Virus record (IMG/VR): IMGVR_UViG_3300026521_000471 | Location: 160,468 to 224,467 of that record | Length of the DNA stretch: 64,000 bases | Direction: 5' to 3' (one strand) | Shown: in pieces, positions 37,839 to 47,444 of the stretch | How the letters are laid out: each line of letters opens with the position of its first letter | How positions within the stretch are numbered: the stretch's first letter is position 1 | Program-made: the position numbers and the translations under genes | Notes under the pieces: generated by a model | Database searches by the model: none | What the model was told of the DNA's origin: nothing | The model's input: the letters and a program-made list of their open reading frames with translations, nothing else

Positions 37839-38031
37839 ATTCCCAATTTAACTCAATATCGTAACGATTAGGTCTTCTCGGTTCTACATCCTTACCATTG
37901 ATTGCAACAACATATTCTTGACCATTAATAATCTCAATAGTAGCTGTATCATTAAGAGCATGTAAAGCGCTAAAACATAAAACAAATGTTAAAAATAAAC
38001 CCGCTAATGGATGTCTTTCAAAAAAATTCAT
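37822..38031 (-). CDS. small membrane/secreted protein
   Basis: N-terminal hydrophobic helix; promoter cassette. Confidence 0.6.
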   Translation of the reverse strand: MNFFERHPLAGLFLTFVLCFSALHALNDTATIEIINGQEYVVAINGKDVEPRRPNRYDIELNWEYADEK

Positions 38032-38108
38032 TTTTGATCCTTTTCTTTAATTATACCATATTATAACATATTCAAAGAAAAAAATCAAGTTATTCTAGGG
38101 AATAACCC

Positions 38109-40235
38109 CTAAAATAACTCTTTATTTGTGTTTGTTAAAGTATAGAGTACATCCATCTGTTGAATATATTTAATGACTGCTGAGTCTTTAATATAATGCC
38201 CACATCCAACCAACATTTCATACTTTTCAAGACATACTAGAGTAAGTGATGATAAATCTTCTTGGTGAGGTTTTAAATCCAAGACCATCATCATATATTT
38301 AGCATCTCTTCCAAGATCATGTTCTTGGTTATGTTTCACCGCTTGAGCTAAGTGATTAATTTCAGATGATTCATCAATGTTTTTTATAATTGAATTCAAA
38401 AGGGTAGCATCATTTAAAAGTTTCTGTACTAATGAATATTGGGTACTAGATGTCGAACCAAAATAATACTCCATAGTCATACCACTTGCATCAAACTGCT
38501 CTTTAATATGATCAAAAAGATTAACAAGATTATGATCTTTTTTTCTCATAGCTTTTCTAAGACCAACAATAGGTTTATCACTATCAATAAGCTCTAATTT
38601 TATGGCTGCAGATACAATACTTTTTATATCTGTAACTTCTTCTTCATTATAGTAAGTGTTAAATCTATCAAGTTCAACATAATATCCGTCGAGTTTTGTT
38701 AAATCTGCATCAACAGTTTTTAGTGGCCATCTATCAGTTTGATTCCAACCGTAATCAGAATATACAGGGATTTGAATTTCTTCATCCCCAGTATTTGAGA
38801 CTTTTTTTGCTCTTCTAACTTTATCAAGAGTAGAAACCTTTATCATATCAGGATTACCCAATTTCTCACTTAATTCATCAAATGAAAGGGTAGTCTTGAT
38901 AATATATGGTCTTAGACGACCATTATAATCGGTAATGAATTGCTTAACTCTTGCATCTATTGCTTTATCATCTGGAGTTGCATAAAATAACAATCCTTTT
39001 TTTGCACTAACAATATTTACATGCCAATAATAAGTCTCTGTTTGTGCATCCCAATTTCTCGATTTTGAGTATTCCTGCTTACGGAATTTACCATTGTAAT
39101 TTTTTTCAAAATATCTATACTCAACAACATCATCAGCATCAAGTCTTAATTCCGTTGATGAAACATCAATACCTCTCCATCTTGAATCACTACTTTCATC
39201 CACATATTTACGAATATCCGAATGATACCCAAAACTAGACATAATACTCTCATATTTCAATCTAGCTTCCCATTCAGTTGGAGCATCTTCGATAGCCTTT
39301 GCAATCATAGCAGGTAATTCTTCTAAAACCTTTTGAGCATATGAAAGAATGTTATTAACCGTTGCTTCATCATAAGATAATGCTTCTCTACTTGGAGCAA
39401 TATTTACATCACCAATATTAACTTCAAATAAAATACTCATTTCTAATAGTTCTTTAATCGCTCTACTAGATTGCTCATATTTAGTACCCATATCTCTAGT
39501 AGATATAGGATATGAAATTTGCCCTTGAATAACTCTAGCGTGATAATACCCGCTGCGCTGTTGCCCTACCATTTTCCATTTTGTACCTTCATAAAGATAC
39601 TCTTCATCCGTCTGCCATTCAAAGTTAGAGTTACCTGAAATTGTAGGTTTTACTTTAAAATATTTGAGTTGGTTATTTACCTCTCTCGCAAAATATCCAA
39701 TATCTTCTTCTTTGATAGCAACTTCGATTTCAATACCATTTTCTTCATCTGTTTCCTCTGAGTGAAACTTTGCAACTGAAGGAATTCTACTAGAATCTAA
39801 AAATGCAGAATAGATGGTTTTAGTTCCGCTGTAGTAACTAGTAATAGTAAATGAATCAGATACACCAAAAGGTGATTTACTACCCAGTCCTAAACACCCA
39901 ACTACATCATTGTTATTTGTTTTTGTTGATTCAAAAAATGTAGTATAAACAGAATTGATCTCTTCATCTGAAAGACCTGGACCAAAATCACGAATTTTAA
40001 AAGTTGGATCAAGTGAATTTGGTAATTTGATATGAAATGGCTCATCTGATTTACCAACCATAACATGAGCATCATATGCATTCGTAGATAGCTCTCTAAT
40101 CATAGACCCTAGTGGATTTGAATAAAGATTTGAGCTCAAAATCTGGAATGCTTTTGCACTCGCTTTGATAGTAAATTCCTTTACATTTTGAGCTCCGCTT
40201 ACTTGAACATCTTGGACTTCATTTGCTAAAATCAT
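38109..40235 (-). CDS. rIIA: RIIA-like protein (GHKL ATPase N-terminus)
   Basis: KAFQILSSNLYS, IRELSTNAYDAH, IRDFGPGLS, GCLGLGSKSPF, IAPSREALSY. Confidence 0.9.
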   Translation of the reverse strand: MILANEVQDVQVSGAQNVKEFTIKASAKAFQILSSNLYSNPLGSMIRELSTNAYDAHVMVGKSDEPFHIKLPNSLDPTFKIRDFGPGLSDEEINSVYTTFFESTKTNNNDVVGCLGLGSKSPFGVSDSFTITSYYSGTKTIYSAFLDSSRIPSVAKFHSEETDEENGIEIEVAIKEEDIGYFAREVNNQLKYFKVKPTISGNSNFEWQTDEEYLYEGTKWKMVGQQRSGYYHARVIQGQISYPISTRDMGTKYEQSSRAIKELLEMSILFEVNIGDVNIAPSREALSYDEATVNNILSYAQKVLEELPAMIAKAIEDAPTEWEARLKYESIMSSFGYHSDIRKYVDESSDSRWRGIDVSSTELRLDADDVVEYRYFEKNYNGKFRKQEYSKSRNWDAQTETYYWHVNIVSAKKGLLFYATPDDKAIDARVKQFITDYNGRLRPYIIKTTLSFDELSEKLGNPDMIKVSTLDKVRRAKKVSNTGDEEIQIPVYSDYGWNQTDRWPLKTVDADLTKLDGYYVELDRFNTYYNEEEVTDIKSIVSAAIKLELIDSDKPIVGLRKAMRKKDHNLVNLFDHIKEQFDASGMTMEYYFGSTSSTQYSLVQKLLNDATLLNSIIKNIDESSEINHLAQAVKHNQEHDLGRDAKYMMMVLDLKPHQEDLSSLTLVCLEKYEMLVGCGHYIKDSAVIKYIQQMDVLYTLTNTNKELF

Positions 40236-40301
40236 TTAATTTCCTTTTCTTTAATTATGCCATATTATAACATAATTGAAAAGAAAAGTCAAGTTTTCTC
40301 A

Positions 40302-41390
40302 CTAAAATGCAAGTAAACGTTTATAATCAATTTTAGCTTCTTTAATAGTTTCTGTAACAATGATAAAATTCCCATTATCAAACACTTTTACGGGTCCATC
40401 TTGAAGAGTAATATCATCATTATCTACATATGAATCGATACCTTTATATTTCTCATCAAATTTTTCTTTATCTTTAACAATATTTGAAATATAAAGATCA
40501 TATGATTCCCATTTTGCATCATCTTTTAAAGGAATTTCACTATTATCAGCTTTATCAAGAACCTTTCTAACAAGTACAGTTTCAAACTCATCAGGTCTTT
40601 CAACATTAAGCGATTCAACAATTTCCGATAAAGTTTCATTATATCTGATATGTTCTTCTACAATAGATTGAAGTACATCAAAGCTAAATGATGTTCTTGA
40701 CTTGACATAATCCATAAGATCAGAAATAAAATCTTTGGATAATTTTTTATCATAACAATATTCTTTTATTGCTTCAAGCTCCATTTTATCATACTCAAAA
40801 CGGTAAAAAAATCGTCCTGGTCGATTAATGATAAAATTATCGAGTCTATACATATCATTTTCAAGAACAACAAATAGAATTTTAGATTCAGTCATTGCAC
40901 CAGTTGCACCATCAAACATCGTAAGCAACTTTTCTTGCAAATCATTATTATCATCATCAGCTTTATAAGTTTTTGCAAATTCATCAAGAATCATGATACA
41001 ATCACCAATTTTATTAACAAACGACATAAAATCATCTCCATAAAACGGCTCTTGCACAAGAATAACTGGGAGGTTTAACTTGCTTATAACTCTATTCCCC
41101 AAGACTTGAGATAGTAATGACTTCCCTGCACCTTTCTCTCCAACAAGGATAACACCGGTATTTTTAGTTCTATCTTGATAAGTTCTAAGGATTTTTTTAG
41201 CTCTCTTTTTTGCATTACCATATACTTTTTTAGGAAGGATAAAATTATCACCCTCTTTAGTTAAAAAATAACCCATGAACTTATTAAAACTTACTGAATA
41301 GATAGCCGGTTCAATTTTTGATTTTACTTGATCATCATTAAAATCAAAAATTTGAACTGTATTCCCATTATGATTGTATTTAATTGACAT
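40302..41390 (-). CDS. AAA+ ATPase
   Basis: GEKGAGKS, ILDEFAK, LLTMFDG, INRPGR. Confidence 0.85.
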   Translation of the reverse strand: MSIKYNHNGNTVQIFDFNDDQVKSKIEPAIYSVSFNKFMGYFLTKEGDNFILPKKVYGNAKKRAKKILRTYQDRTKNTGVILVGEKGAGKSLLSQVLGNRVISKLNLPVILVQEPFYGDDFMSFVNKIGDCIMILDEFAKTYKADDDNNDLQEKLLTMFDGATGAMTESKILFVVLENDMYRLDNFIINRPGRFFYRFEYDKMELEAIKEYCYDKKLSKDFISDLMDYVKSRTSFSFDVLQSIVEEHIRYNETLSEIVESLNVERPDEFETVLVRKVLDKADNSEIPLKDDAKWESYDLYISNIVKDKEKFDEKYKGIDSYVDNDDITLQDGPVKVFDNGNFIIVTETIKEAKIDYKRLLAF

Positions 41391-41402
41391 TATTAGATTC
41401 CT

Positions 41403-41684
41403 TTATGATCTGATTGTTTTTAGAGAGCCTTCAAAAAGACTTTCAATATTGTTATTTTCTAATGACTCTTTAGGGATAGCCATCAACACATCTTCAAAAA
41501 ACACAGAAATATTTGTAGCTTCATTCTGTTCATGGTATTCTTTTTGAATAAAACGGTAAATATCTTTTAACTCTCTTTGTCTACTAACTCTATCAATATA
41601 CTGATAAAGAAAAATATTACGAGCAAAAAAATAAACGATAATAGCTCCTGCTGCAAATCCTAATACACCTACTATAAAAATCAT
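41403..41684 (-). CDS. single-TM protein
   Basis: Hydrophobic N-terminus. Confidence 0.55.
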   Translation of the reverse strand: MIFIVGVLGFAAGAIIVYFFARNIFLYQYIDRVSRQRELKDIYRFIQKEYHEQNEATNISVFFEDVLMAIPKESLENNNIESLFEGSLKTIRS

Positions 41685-41914
41685 TTGTTTTCCTTTTGCA
41701 TTTCTTCTAATGTATATTTGTATTCATGCACAGACAAAAAATCTTTCAATGAGTCAAATGATGGTTCAACTTCATCAATTATTTCAACATCGATACATCC
41801 GTCATATTCATGGTATTTTTTTAAGGTTTTGTAAATAACCAAAGCGTCTATACTATCACCCTTAAATACACAAGTGGTAACCCCATCATCTATTAAATTA
41901 ACGATTTTTTGCAT
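41681..41914 (-). CDS. hypothetical protein
   Basis: Coupled to downstream gene. Confidence 0.55.
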   Translation of the reverse strand: MQKIVNLIDDGVTTCVFKGDSIDALVIYKTLKKYHEYDGCIDVEIIDEVEPSFDSLKDFLSVHEYKYTLEEMQKENK

Positions 41915-42104
41915 AACTTAAACCTCAACTTTGACACGTTTAAATTCAAGCTGCAATTTAACAGATTTTGGAGCAGTATAATTATAAGTTGGAGCCTCTC
42001 TACGAAGTTTATCTCTTTTAGAAGTTTTACCTCTTTTGAAATTCATTTCATATCCTTTTCTTTATTTATGCCATATTATAACATAATTAGAAAGAAAAGT
42101 CAAA

Positions 42105-42440
42105 TCAATTTTCTATAATTTCTTCACCTATTTTCATACCCCCTGCTTTAAGAGCAAAAAACTCACAAGCTATCTTTGAAATATCTCTGACTGAAAGTGC
42201 AGTATCTACCCACGCAGTACTAATATGATCTTGCAATTCATCTTGAAGTACCATGTAACTTACTAATACTTTATCGGGTTTTGAAACTTTCTCCCCCATA
42301 GGGATAATACAGTTATGTTTGCCATCTTCAACTAACCATAGTCCATTTGAAGGAAAACCAGTAAATTCCATACCAATTTCCTCAAATGTACCATCGGGTT
42401 TTTGCTCGTAGAGTTTTTTACTCATAGACCAATTCCTCAA
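42105..42440 (-). CDS. hypothetical protein
   Basis: Likely start MSKKLY. Confidence 0.55.
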   Translation of the reverse strand: MRNWSMSKKLYEQKPDGTFEEIGMEFTGFPSNGLWLVEDGKHNCIIPMGEKVSKPDKVLVSYMVLQDELQDHISTAWVDTALSVRDISKIACEFFALKAGGMKIGEEIIEN

Positions 42441-42864
42441 ATTTTGGCACCGTTACATATGAAACTGAATGAACATCTCTAATCAGAGATTTAACACCAT
42501 ATTTAACACGGTTTTTAAACCAGTTGATATACTTTTCATCTTCAGGATCAATTCCCCCAAAATAATGAGTACGTCTCATAGAGCTAAACATACGGTTTAT
42601 ATTGTAGCTATCTTGATTATCGAATAACCCTTCAACCTTTTCATAGATTTTATTTTGTAATGGTCTATAACCTAATTTACCTTCCATTACTCGCATTAGT
42701 GCTTCCATAGAATATTCTTCTAATCTATAAACTAATTTAGTGACAGCTTCAGCTTTGTTAAAGTCCGCATTCACACAAAATTCAAATGCAAGATATTCTA
42801 ATCTCGATGTTAAATCCTCATGACTCATTGTTCTAACTTCTGGTCTAATTTCGATTGGTTTCAT
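42418..42864 (-). CDS. hypothetical protein
   Basis: AAGGA RBS, promoter upstream. Confidence 0.6.
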   Translation of the reverse strand: MKPIEIRPEVRTMSHEDLTSRLEYLAFEFCVNADFNKAEAVTKLVYRLEEYSMEALMRVMEGKLGYRPLQNKIYEKVEGLFDNQDSYNINRMFSSMRRTHYFGGIDPEDEKYINWFKNRVKYGVKSLIRDVHSVSYVTVPKFEELVYE

Positions 42865-42921
42865 ATTTTTTTCCTTTTATTAATTATAATATATTATACT
42901 CTGGTTTCACTTAATTTTGGT

Positions 42922-43164
42922 TTAACTTATAACTGTAACATTAATAGCTTTTAACCCTTTATCTGCATTTTCATACTGCCATAAATCCGATGTTTCAATT
43001 CCAATAACATCAACATAATTATGATCATCACCCGTAACTGTAACCATCTCAATTTTAACTTTTGATTTAATAGTTTCTTTGAACCAGTTTACAACCTCTA
43101 TTTCATCTCCAATTTTAATCTCACGATTATTAGAATCATAAATACCAATAAACATCTCTTCCAC
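42922..43164 (-). CDS. YopX-like small protein
   Basis: FIGIYDSNNREIKIGDEI resembles YopX TGLKDKNGKEIYEGDI. Confidence 0.5.
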   Translation of the reverse strand: MEEMFIGIYDSNNREIKIGDEIEVVNWFKETIKSKVKIEMVTVTGDDHNYVDVIGIETSDLWQYENADKGLKAINVTVIS

Positions 43165-43310
43165 CCCTACATATTAAGTTCCTATATTATAACATATCTC
43201 GAAGAGAAAGTCAAGTCCTCCTCTTTTAATATTCTTTATATATTCTTTAGGCAAAGTACAAACGTTTTTTGCCGGTGTTTATAAGGTCTTAAAAGATGGT
43301 TATAGAAAAA

Positions 43311-43476
43311 AATCAATATTGGTTTGTGTTATAATCAATATTGGATTGTGGTAATAAGGCATTAAATCAATATTAGATTGTGTTACCGACTAAAAATCAA
43401 TTTTATTTTGTGGTTGTGTATATCTTACTTTTTCAATATTAAAGCACTAATAATATTGATTTTTAGTCAATATTAA
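43311..43476 (+). repeat. iteron array / putative replication origin upstream of rep
   Basis: AATCAATATTrGwTTGTG copies at 43311, 43333, 43365, 43395 (degenerate); half-sites tcaatatt / aatattgatt at 43433-43474. Confidence 0.8.
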
Positions 43477-43517
43477 ACATAAATAAAAATGTATAATTTA
43501 TAAAAAGGATACCACAA

Positions 43518-44678
43518 ATGAATATTGAAAAATTGGAAATTAATAAGCCTAGTGAATTGACCCAAGTTGTTTTTACACAACAAATAAAAAAAGAGCTTAA
43601 TATTTATAAAATGTCGGCATTACAAATAGATCTTATAAATGTCATGTTTTATAAGATACGAAAGGAAATTGGTAAGCATAAATTAGAAATAGATGAATCA
43701 CAACCATCAACACTTTTTGAATTTACATTAAATGATTTTAATAATATGCTACAGAAATATAACAATAATCAATATGGTGAAATTATTGAACAATTAGATT
43801 CATTATCCGATATAAAAATCATAATTAATAGTATTGGTAAAAATAAAGATATTGATGAAATGATCATTACTAGATTCATTCAAGAAATAAGAGTATCAAA
43901 GCATAGAAAAACCGAAAAGAAAAAGATTAAATTAGCAATTTCAAATACAATTATAAAAAGATTTATAGATGTTAAAAAATATTTTTCAAAAATGTTTTTA
44001 ACTATACAATTCTCTATGAAGTCTAAATATTCTAAATTGTTATATGAATTATTAAAAGATTATGAAGGTATAAATACAAAACAATTTGAGTTGAATGTTT
44101 TAATGGACTTGATCAACGTTAGTGAAGATTCGCAGAGAGTATGGTCAATATTCAACCAAAACATTCTCAAAAAGGCAGTTAAAGAAATCAATGAGAAATC
44201 GGATATAAAAGTTTCGTATGAACCTATTAAAGAAAGACCTGATAATGGCAGGTTACAAGTAACTAAAATTAAGTTTATAATAGAAGAGCAACAATGTGCT
44301 TTAATAGATAGTCAAGAGCCTGAAATGTCAATAGAAGAACAATTGCTTTATAATAAAAAAAGGGCTATAGCAGAAGAAAGATTAGAAAAGGCAAAACAAT
44401 TCCAAGAAATCAATAATGAAGAAGCATGGATTAAAAAGACTATTAAATCTATTACAGATGATTATGTTGAATTACAGGATTTAATAGAAGAGTCTAAAGA
44501 AGTTTTAGATAATACAGATTTATCAAAATTCAATGATTTATTGTTAATAAAATATGGCGATTTAGTTGGTATGGTAGATTATAAATTATGTTATGTTTTT
44601 GATGATACACAAGCACCACTTACAAGTAATGCTTATGAAACTTATTTGGTTTTAGAAGAATTAAAATCTAATCCATAG
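43518..44678 (+). CDS. Rep_3 (RepB/RepE-like) replication initiator
   Basis: MKSKYSKLLYELLKDY, FNQNILKKAVKEINEKSDIKVSYE, VTKIKF; iterons upstream. Confidence 0.85.
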   Translation: MNIEKLEINKPSELTQVVFTQQIKKELNIYKMSALQIDLINVMFYKIRKEIGKHKLEIDESQPSTLFEFTLNDFNNMLQKYNNNQYGEIIEQLDSLSDIKIIINSIGKNKDIDEMIITRFIQEIRVSKHRKTEKKKIKLAISNTIIKRFIDVKKYFSKMFLTIQFSMKSKYSKLLYELLKDYEGINTKQFELNVLMDLINVSEDSQRVWSIFNQNILKKAVKEINEKSDIKVSYEPIKERPDNGRLQVTKIKFIIEEQQCALIDSQEPEMSIEEQLLYNKKRAIAEERLEKAKQFQEINNEEAWIKKTIKSITDDYVELQDLIEESKEVLDNTDLSKFNDLLLIKYGDLVGMVDYKLCYVFDDTQAPLTSNAYETYLVLEELKSNP

Positions 44679-45246
44679 AAGTATGATAAAGCATCCAGAA
44701 TGTAACTAAAAACATAGTTATAGCATCAGTATGAATATCTGAATTAAAGAAATAATCGTTGATATCTTCATATCTAATATGGACTACATTTATATCTTCC
44801 TCTGCTAGTCCACCACCTTCAGAAACTTGCATATCATTTGTTACTTCTGCAATAAATGTATGGGATTCTGTACCAGCAGTACCTACTGAACTTTTTAATG
44901 TTTTGAGAAACTTGATATTATCCATTGGTACATCAAAACCACATTCTTCCAATATCTCTTCTTTAACAATTTGCTTTATATCTTTATTTTTATCAACAAG
45001 ACCCGCACATGCTTCCGTTACTCTACCACCTTGTGAATCATCATTACATAAAACCGGAACTCTTACCTGTTCAACAACAATAATTTCACCCGATTCCATG
45101 TTATCTATAAGAACATGTACAGAATCATGAGACTTAATACGCTCCCATACAAAAGGTTCTCCATCTCTCTCAGCTTTAACAAGTTCTGTTTTTACAAACT
45201 TCGGCGATTTATTTTCCACAATATCTTTTATTACAACAGTTTTCAT
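44668..45246 (-). CDS. Nudix hydrolase (ADP-ribose / NDP-sugar pyrophosphatase type)
   Basis: HDSVHVL, QVRVPV, EACAGLVD..KEEILEECG, GGGL..EDI. Confidence 0.88.
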   Translation of the reverse strand: MKTVVIKDIVENKSPKFVKTELVKAERDGEPFVWERIKSHDSVHVLIDNMESGEIIVVEQVRVPVLCNDDSQGGRVTEACAGLVDKNKDIKQIVKEEILEECGFDVPMDNIKFLKTLKSSVGTAGTESHTFIAEVTNDMQVSEGGGLAEEDINVVHIRYEDINDYFFNSDIHTDAITMFLVTFWMLYHTSMD

Positions 45247-45247
45247 A

Positions 45248-45496
45248 TTAACCCTTTATCATTTCAGTTATTTTATTTGCTATCTCTCTAGCATCTTCAT
45301 CGTCATCAAAAGCATAATCTAAATCTGCTAAATCTGATATAAGTCTTCTTAATTCAACGATTTCTTCTTTTGAAGCTTTATCACTCCAGTCCATAATATC
45401 TGTATAATCGATATTTACAACACCATCAAAACCTTGTGCTAAATCCATTAATACACTACATACATCAGCAGGTATTCTATCAGTAACCATATTCAT
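45248..45496 (-). CDS. small acidic protein, paralog of 58656-58907
   Basis: Shared DLAQ, IDY.DI, I.D.A.LD..F.DDE. Confidence 0.65.
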   Translation of the reverse strand: MNMVTDRIPADVCSVLMDLAQGFDGVVNIDYTDIMDWSDKASKEEIVELRRLISDLADLDYAFDDDEDAREIANKITEMIKG

Positions 45497-45592
45497 CTTA
45501 ATCTCCCGTTGTCAAAGCTATCATCAAAAAGAAAAAAGCAAAAGCCATTTGGTCATAAACCACACATAAAAAAGCCAATACCCACCAAATCA

Positions 45593-45805
45593 TTACGAAA
45601 GACCAATATCATTTTCATCAGCAATCATAACTACTACTGAGTATGATACTTCCATAATCTTACTAACCTTATCAGCTGGTGTAAATAACAAAGAGCTAGC
45701 AATATTTTTATAAAGAGTTTTTGGTGATAAACCATAAGGGTCTGTACTAACAGCTTCTTCCAACATTAATTTTAAACTCTCTGGAATTTCGTTATAATCT
45801 TTCAT
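45593..45805 (-). CDS. hypothetical protein
   Basis: Promoter cassette upstream. Confidence 0.6.
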   Translation of the reverse strand: MKDYNEIPESLKLMLEEAVSTDPYGLSPKTLYKNIASSLLFTPADKVSKIMEVSYSVVVMIADENDIGLS

Positions 45806-45870
45806 AAGTATCCTTTTATTTAATTATGTCATATTATAACATAAAATAGGTAAAAAGTCAAGTTATTTTG

Positions 45871-46614
45871 TTAAAATATAAACATATCTTGTAATTGTTG
45901 AGGTAAAAAGCTATTATCTCCACTCATCTCTGCAACTTTAATTTTTATATTTGCATCATAATCTTTATGTTTTAAAATTCGGAGTTGTGCTCTACTTAAT
46001 CCATCTGAATCTATAGCTAGGAACATATAGTCGGCAGTATAACCTAAACTATTAAAAAAATTCATATTTAAATCAGCTTCATAAAAATTATTTTGTAATT
46101 CTTTAAGAGATGATAAAGAAGATCCAGTATGCATATCAGAAAGAATTTCACCAAAAAATCCATAATGATTTTTAAACGTAGATATAATATGTTTCTCTAA
46201 TCCATTTAAAAGCAAATCAAATGCAAACCGTTGATAATTACTCACCTTATTTAATTTATCTGCTACATCATTAATGATTTCTTCATCTAATGCATCATTT
46301 TCTATAAACATCTTCATAGGATTTTTTAAACTATCGTCTTTATTTTGATAATAATCAACTAGCAGAGAATATATAAAACTTTTTGAAATTTTAAAATGAT
46401 GTTTTCTTTGTTGCAATTGTTCTATCTGCATGTCCCTTTCCTTTTTAGCTTGAGTAACAGCTTTATAACTTTCTATGATTTCATCATACTCATCAGGGTA
46501 TAACTCTTCATTATTAATTTCAAAAGGTATTTCACACAATCCATCAGAAAAGAGAGGACAACCATCCCCACAATTTCCATTCATTCCAATAGACTCACAA
46601 GTATATGTAATCAT
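45871..46614 (-). CDS. hypothetical protein, Cys4 N-terminus (C-terminal LPQQLQDMFIF)
   Basis: Promoter cassette upstream. Confidence 0.65.
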   Translation of the reverse strand: MITYTCESIGMNGNCGDGCPLFSDGLCEIPFEINNEELYPDEYDEIIESYKAVTQAKKERDMQIEQLQQRKHHFKISKSFIYSLLVDYYQNKDDSLKNPMKMFIENDALDEEIINDVADKLNKVSNYQRFAFDLLLNGLEKHIISTFKNHYGFFGEILSDMHTGSSLSSLKELQNNFYEADLNMNFFNSLGYTADYMFLAIDSDGLSRAQLRILKHKDYDANIKIKVAEMSGDNSFLPQQLQDMFIF

Positions 46615-46693
46615 AATACACCTTTTCTTTAATTATGTCATATTATATCATTATTTGAGTAAAAAGTCAAGTTAATATGTTGGGGGATTCTAA

Positions 46694-46716
46694 TTGATAA
46701 TGATTATTATTATCAA
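46694..46716. promoter_or_regulatory. Fur-box-like palindrome A
   Basis: GATAATGATTATTATTATC, 18/19 to classical Fur box. Confidence 0.65.
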
Positions 46717-46904
46717 TATTGATAAATGTATTTTAAGTTTAGTTTAAAATAAGTTGGGTGTTAAATTTAAGTGGATTTTAATAAAAGGTGGAATTTCTCT
46801 TTAAAAGAAATTCCGGCGAAATAATAAAAATCATAACGAACTTTTTCTTTGTTTTGATTTATATTAATTTTATTTATGTAAGAAAATATTTTTTTATTAA
46901 TTTT

Positions 46905-47171
46905 TTAATAAATCTTAGGGTTTATTACCGTTATTTCATATATTTTTGTTCTAATATTATAAGTTACACCCATAACAAAAGGTTTTTGGCGGAATTTTAT
47001 ATTTGGTAAAAAATGCACAATATCAAAAAAAATATCATTTGGAATGAGTCTATCAAATTCCCCATGCTTATATTTTAAAATTATAAAATCATCTTTAGAT
47101 TTTTTTATTGCTGCATCTTTATAAAATCTAGAGAGTAATTTTTCAATATCTTCTTCTTTAACATTTTTCAA
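46905..47171 (-). CDS. hypothetical protein
   Basis: TTG start after GAGG. Confidence 0.45.
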   Translation of the reverse strand: MKNVKEEDIEKLLSRFYKDAAIKKSKDDFIILKYKHGEFDRLIPNDIFFDIVHFLPNIKFRQKPFVMGVTYNIRTKIYEITVINPKIY

Positions 47172-47172
47172 A

Positions 47173-47388
47173 TTAAAAATCCTCTAAAAGCATTTTAACC
47201 GTATCCTCAAAACTTTCTTTAATCATTGATCGTCTAATCATCTCTGTTTTTATTGCAGCCAATAATTTTTCAGCCTTTAATCGTTCATCATGAGCATCAT
47301 CAGTCCCATCAAAAACATGATCGAATAATCCTGCATCAGTTACATTATCTCCTACTTTTGTAAAAGGTCCTTTTCCAGTCATTTCCAT
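47173..47388 (-). CDS. hypothetical protein
   Basis: GGAG RBS, promoter upstream. Confidence 0.6.
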   Translation of the reverse strand: MEMTGKGPFTKVGDNVTDAGLFDHVFDGTDDAHDERLKAEKLLAAIKTEMIRRSMIKESFEDTVKMLLEDF

Positions 47389-47444
47389 AATAATTTCTCC
47401 ATTCTTATTAATATATTATACCACAATTTACTAAATAAATCAAG

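Larger units (their letters stand above)
29838..47444 (-). repeat. left-arm array of ~60-bp early promoter/RBS repeats
   Basis: TTGAC/TT-N17-TATAAT-ATGGCATAATTAAAGAAAAGG-type copies near 29870, 30500, 31300, 31940, 33020, 33690, 34300, 35990, 36330, 38060, 40270, 42080, 42890, 43190, 45840, 46650, 47420. Confidence 0.9.
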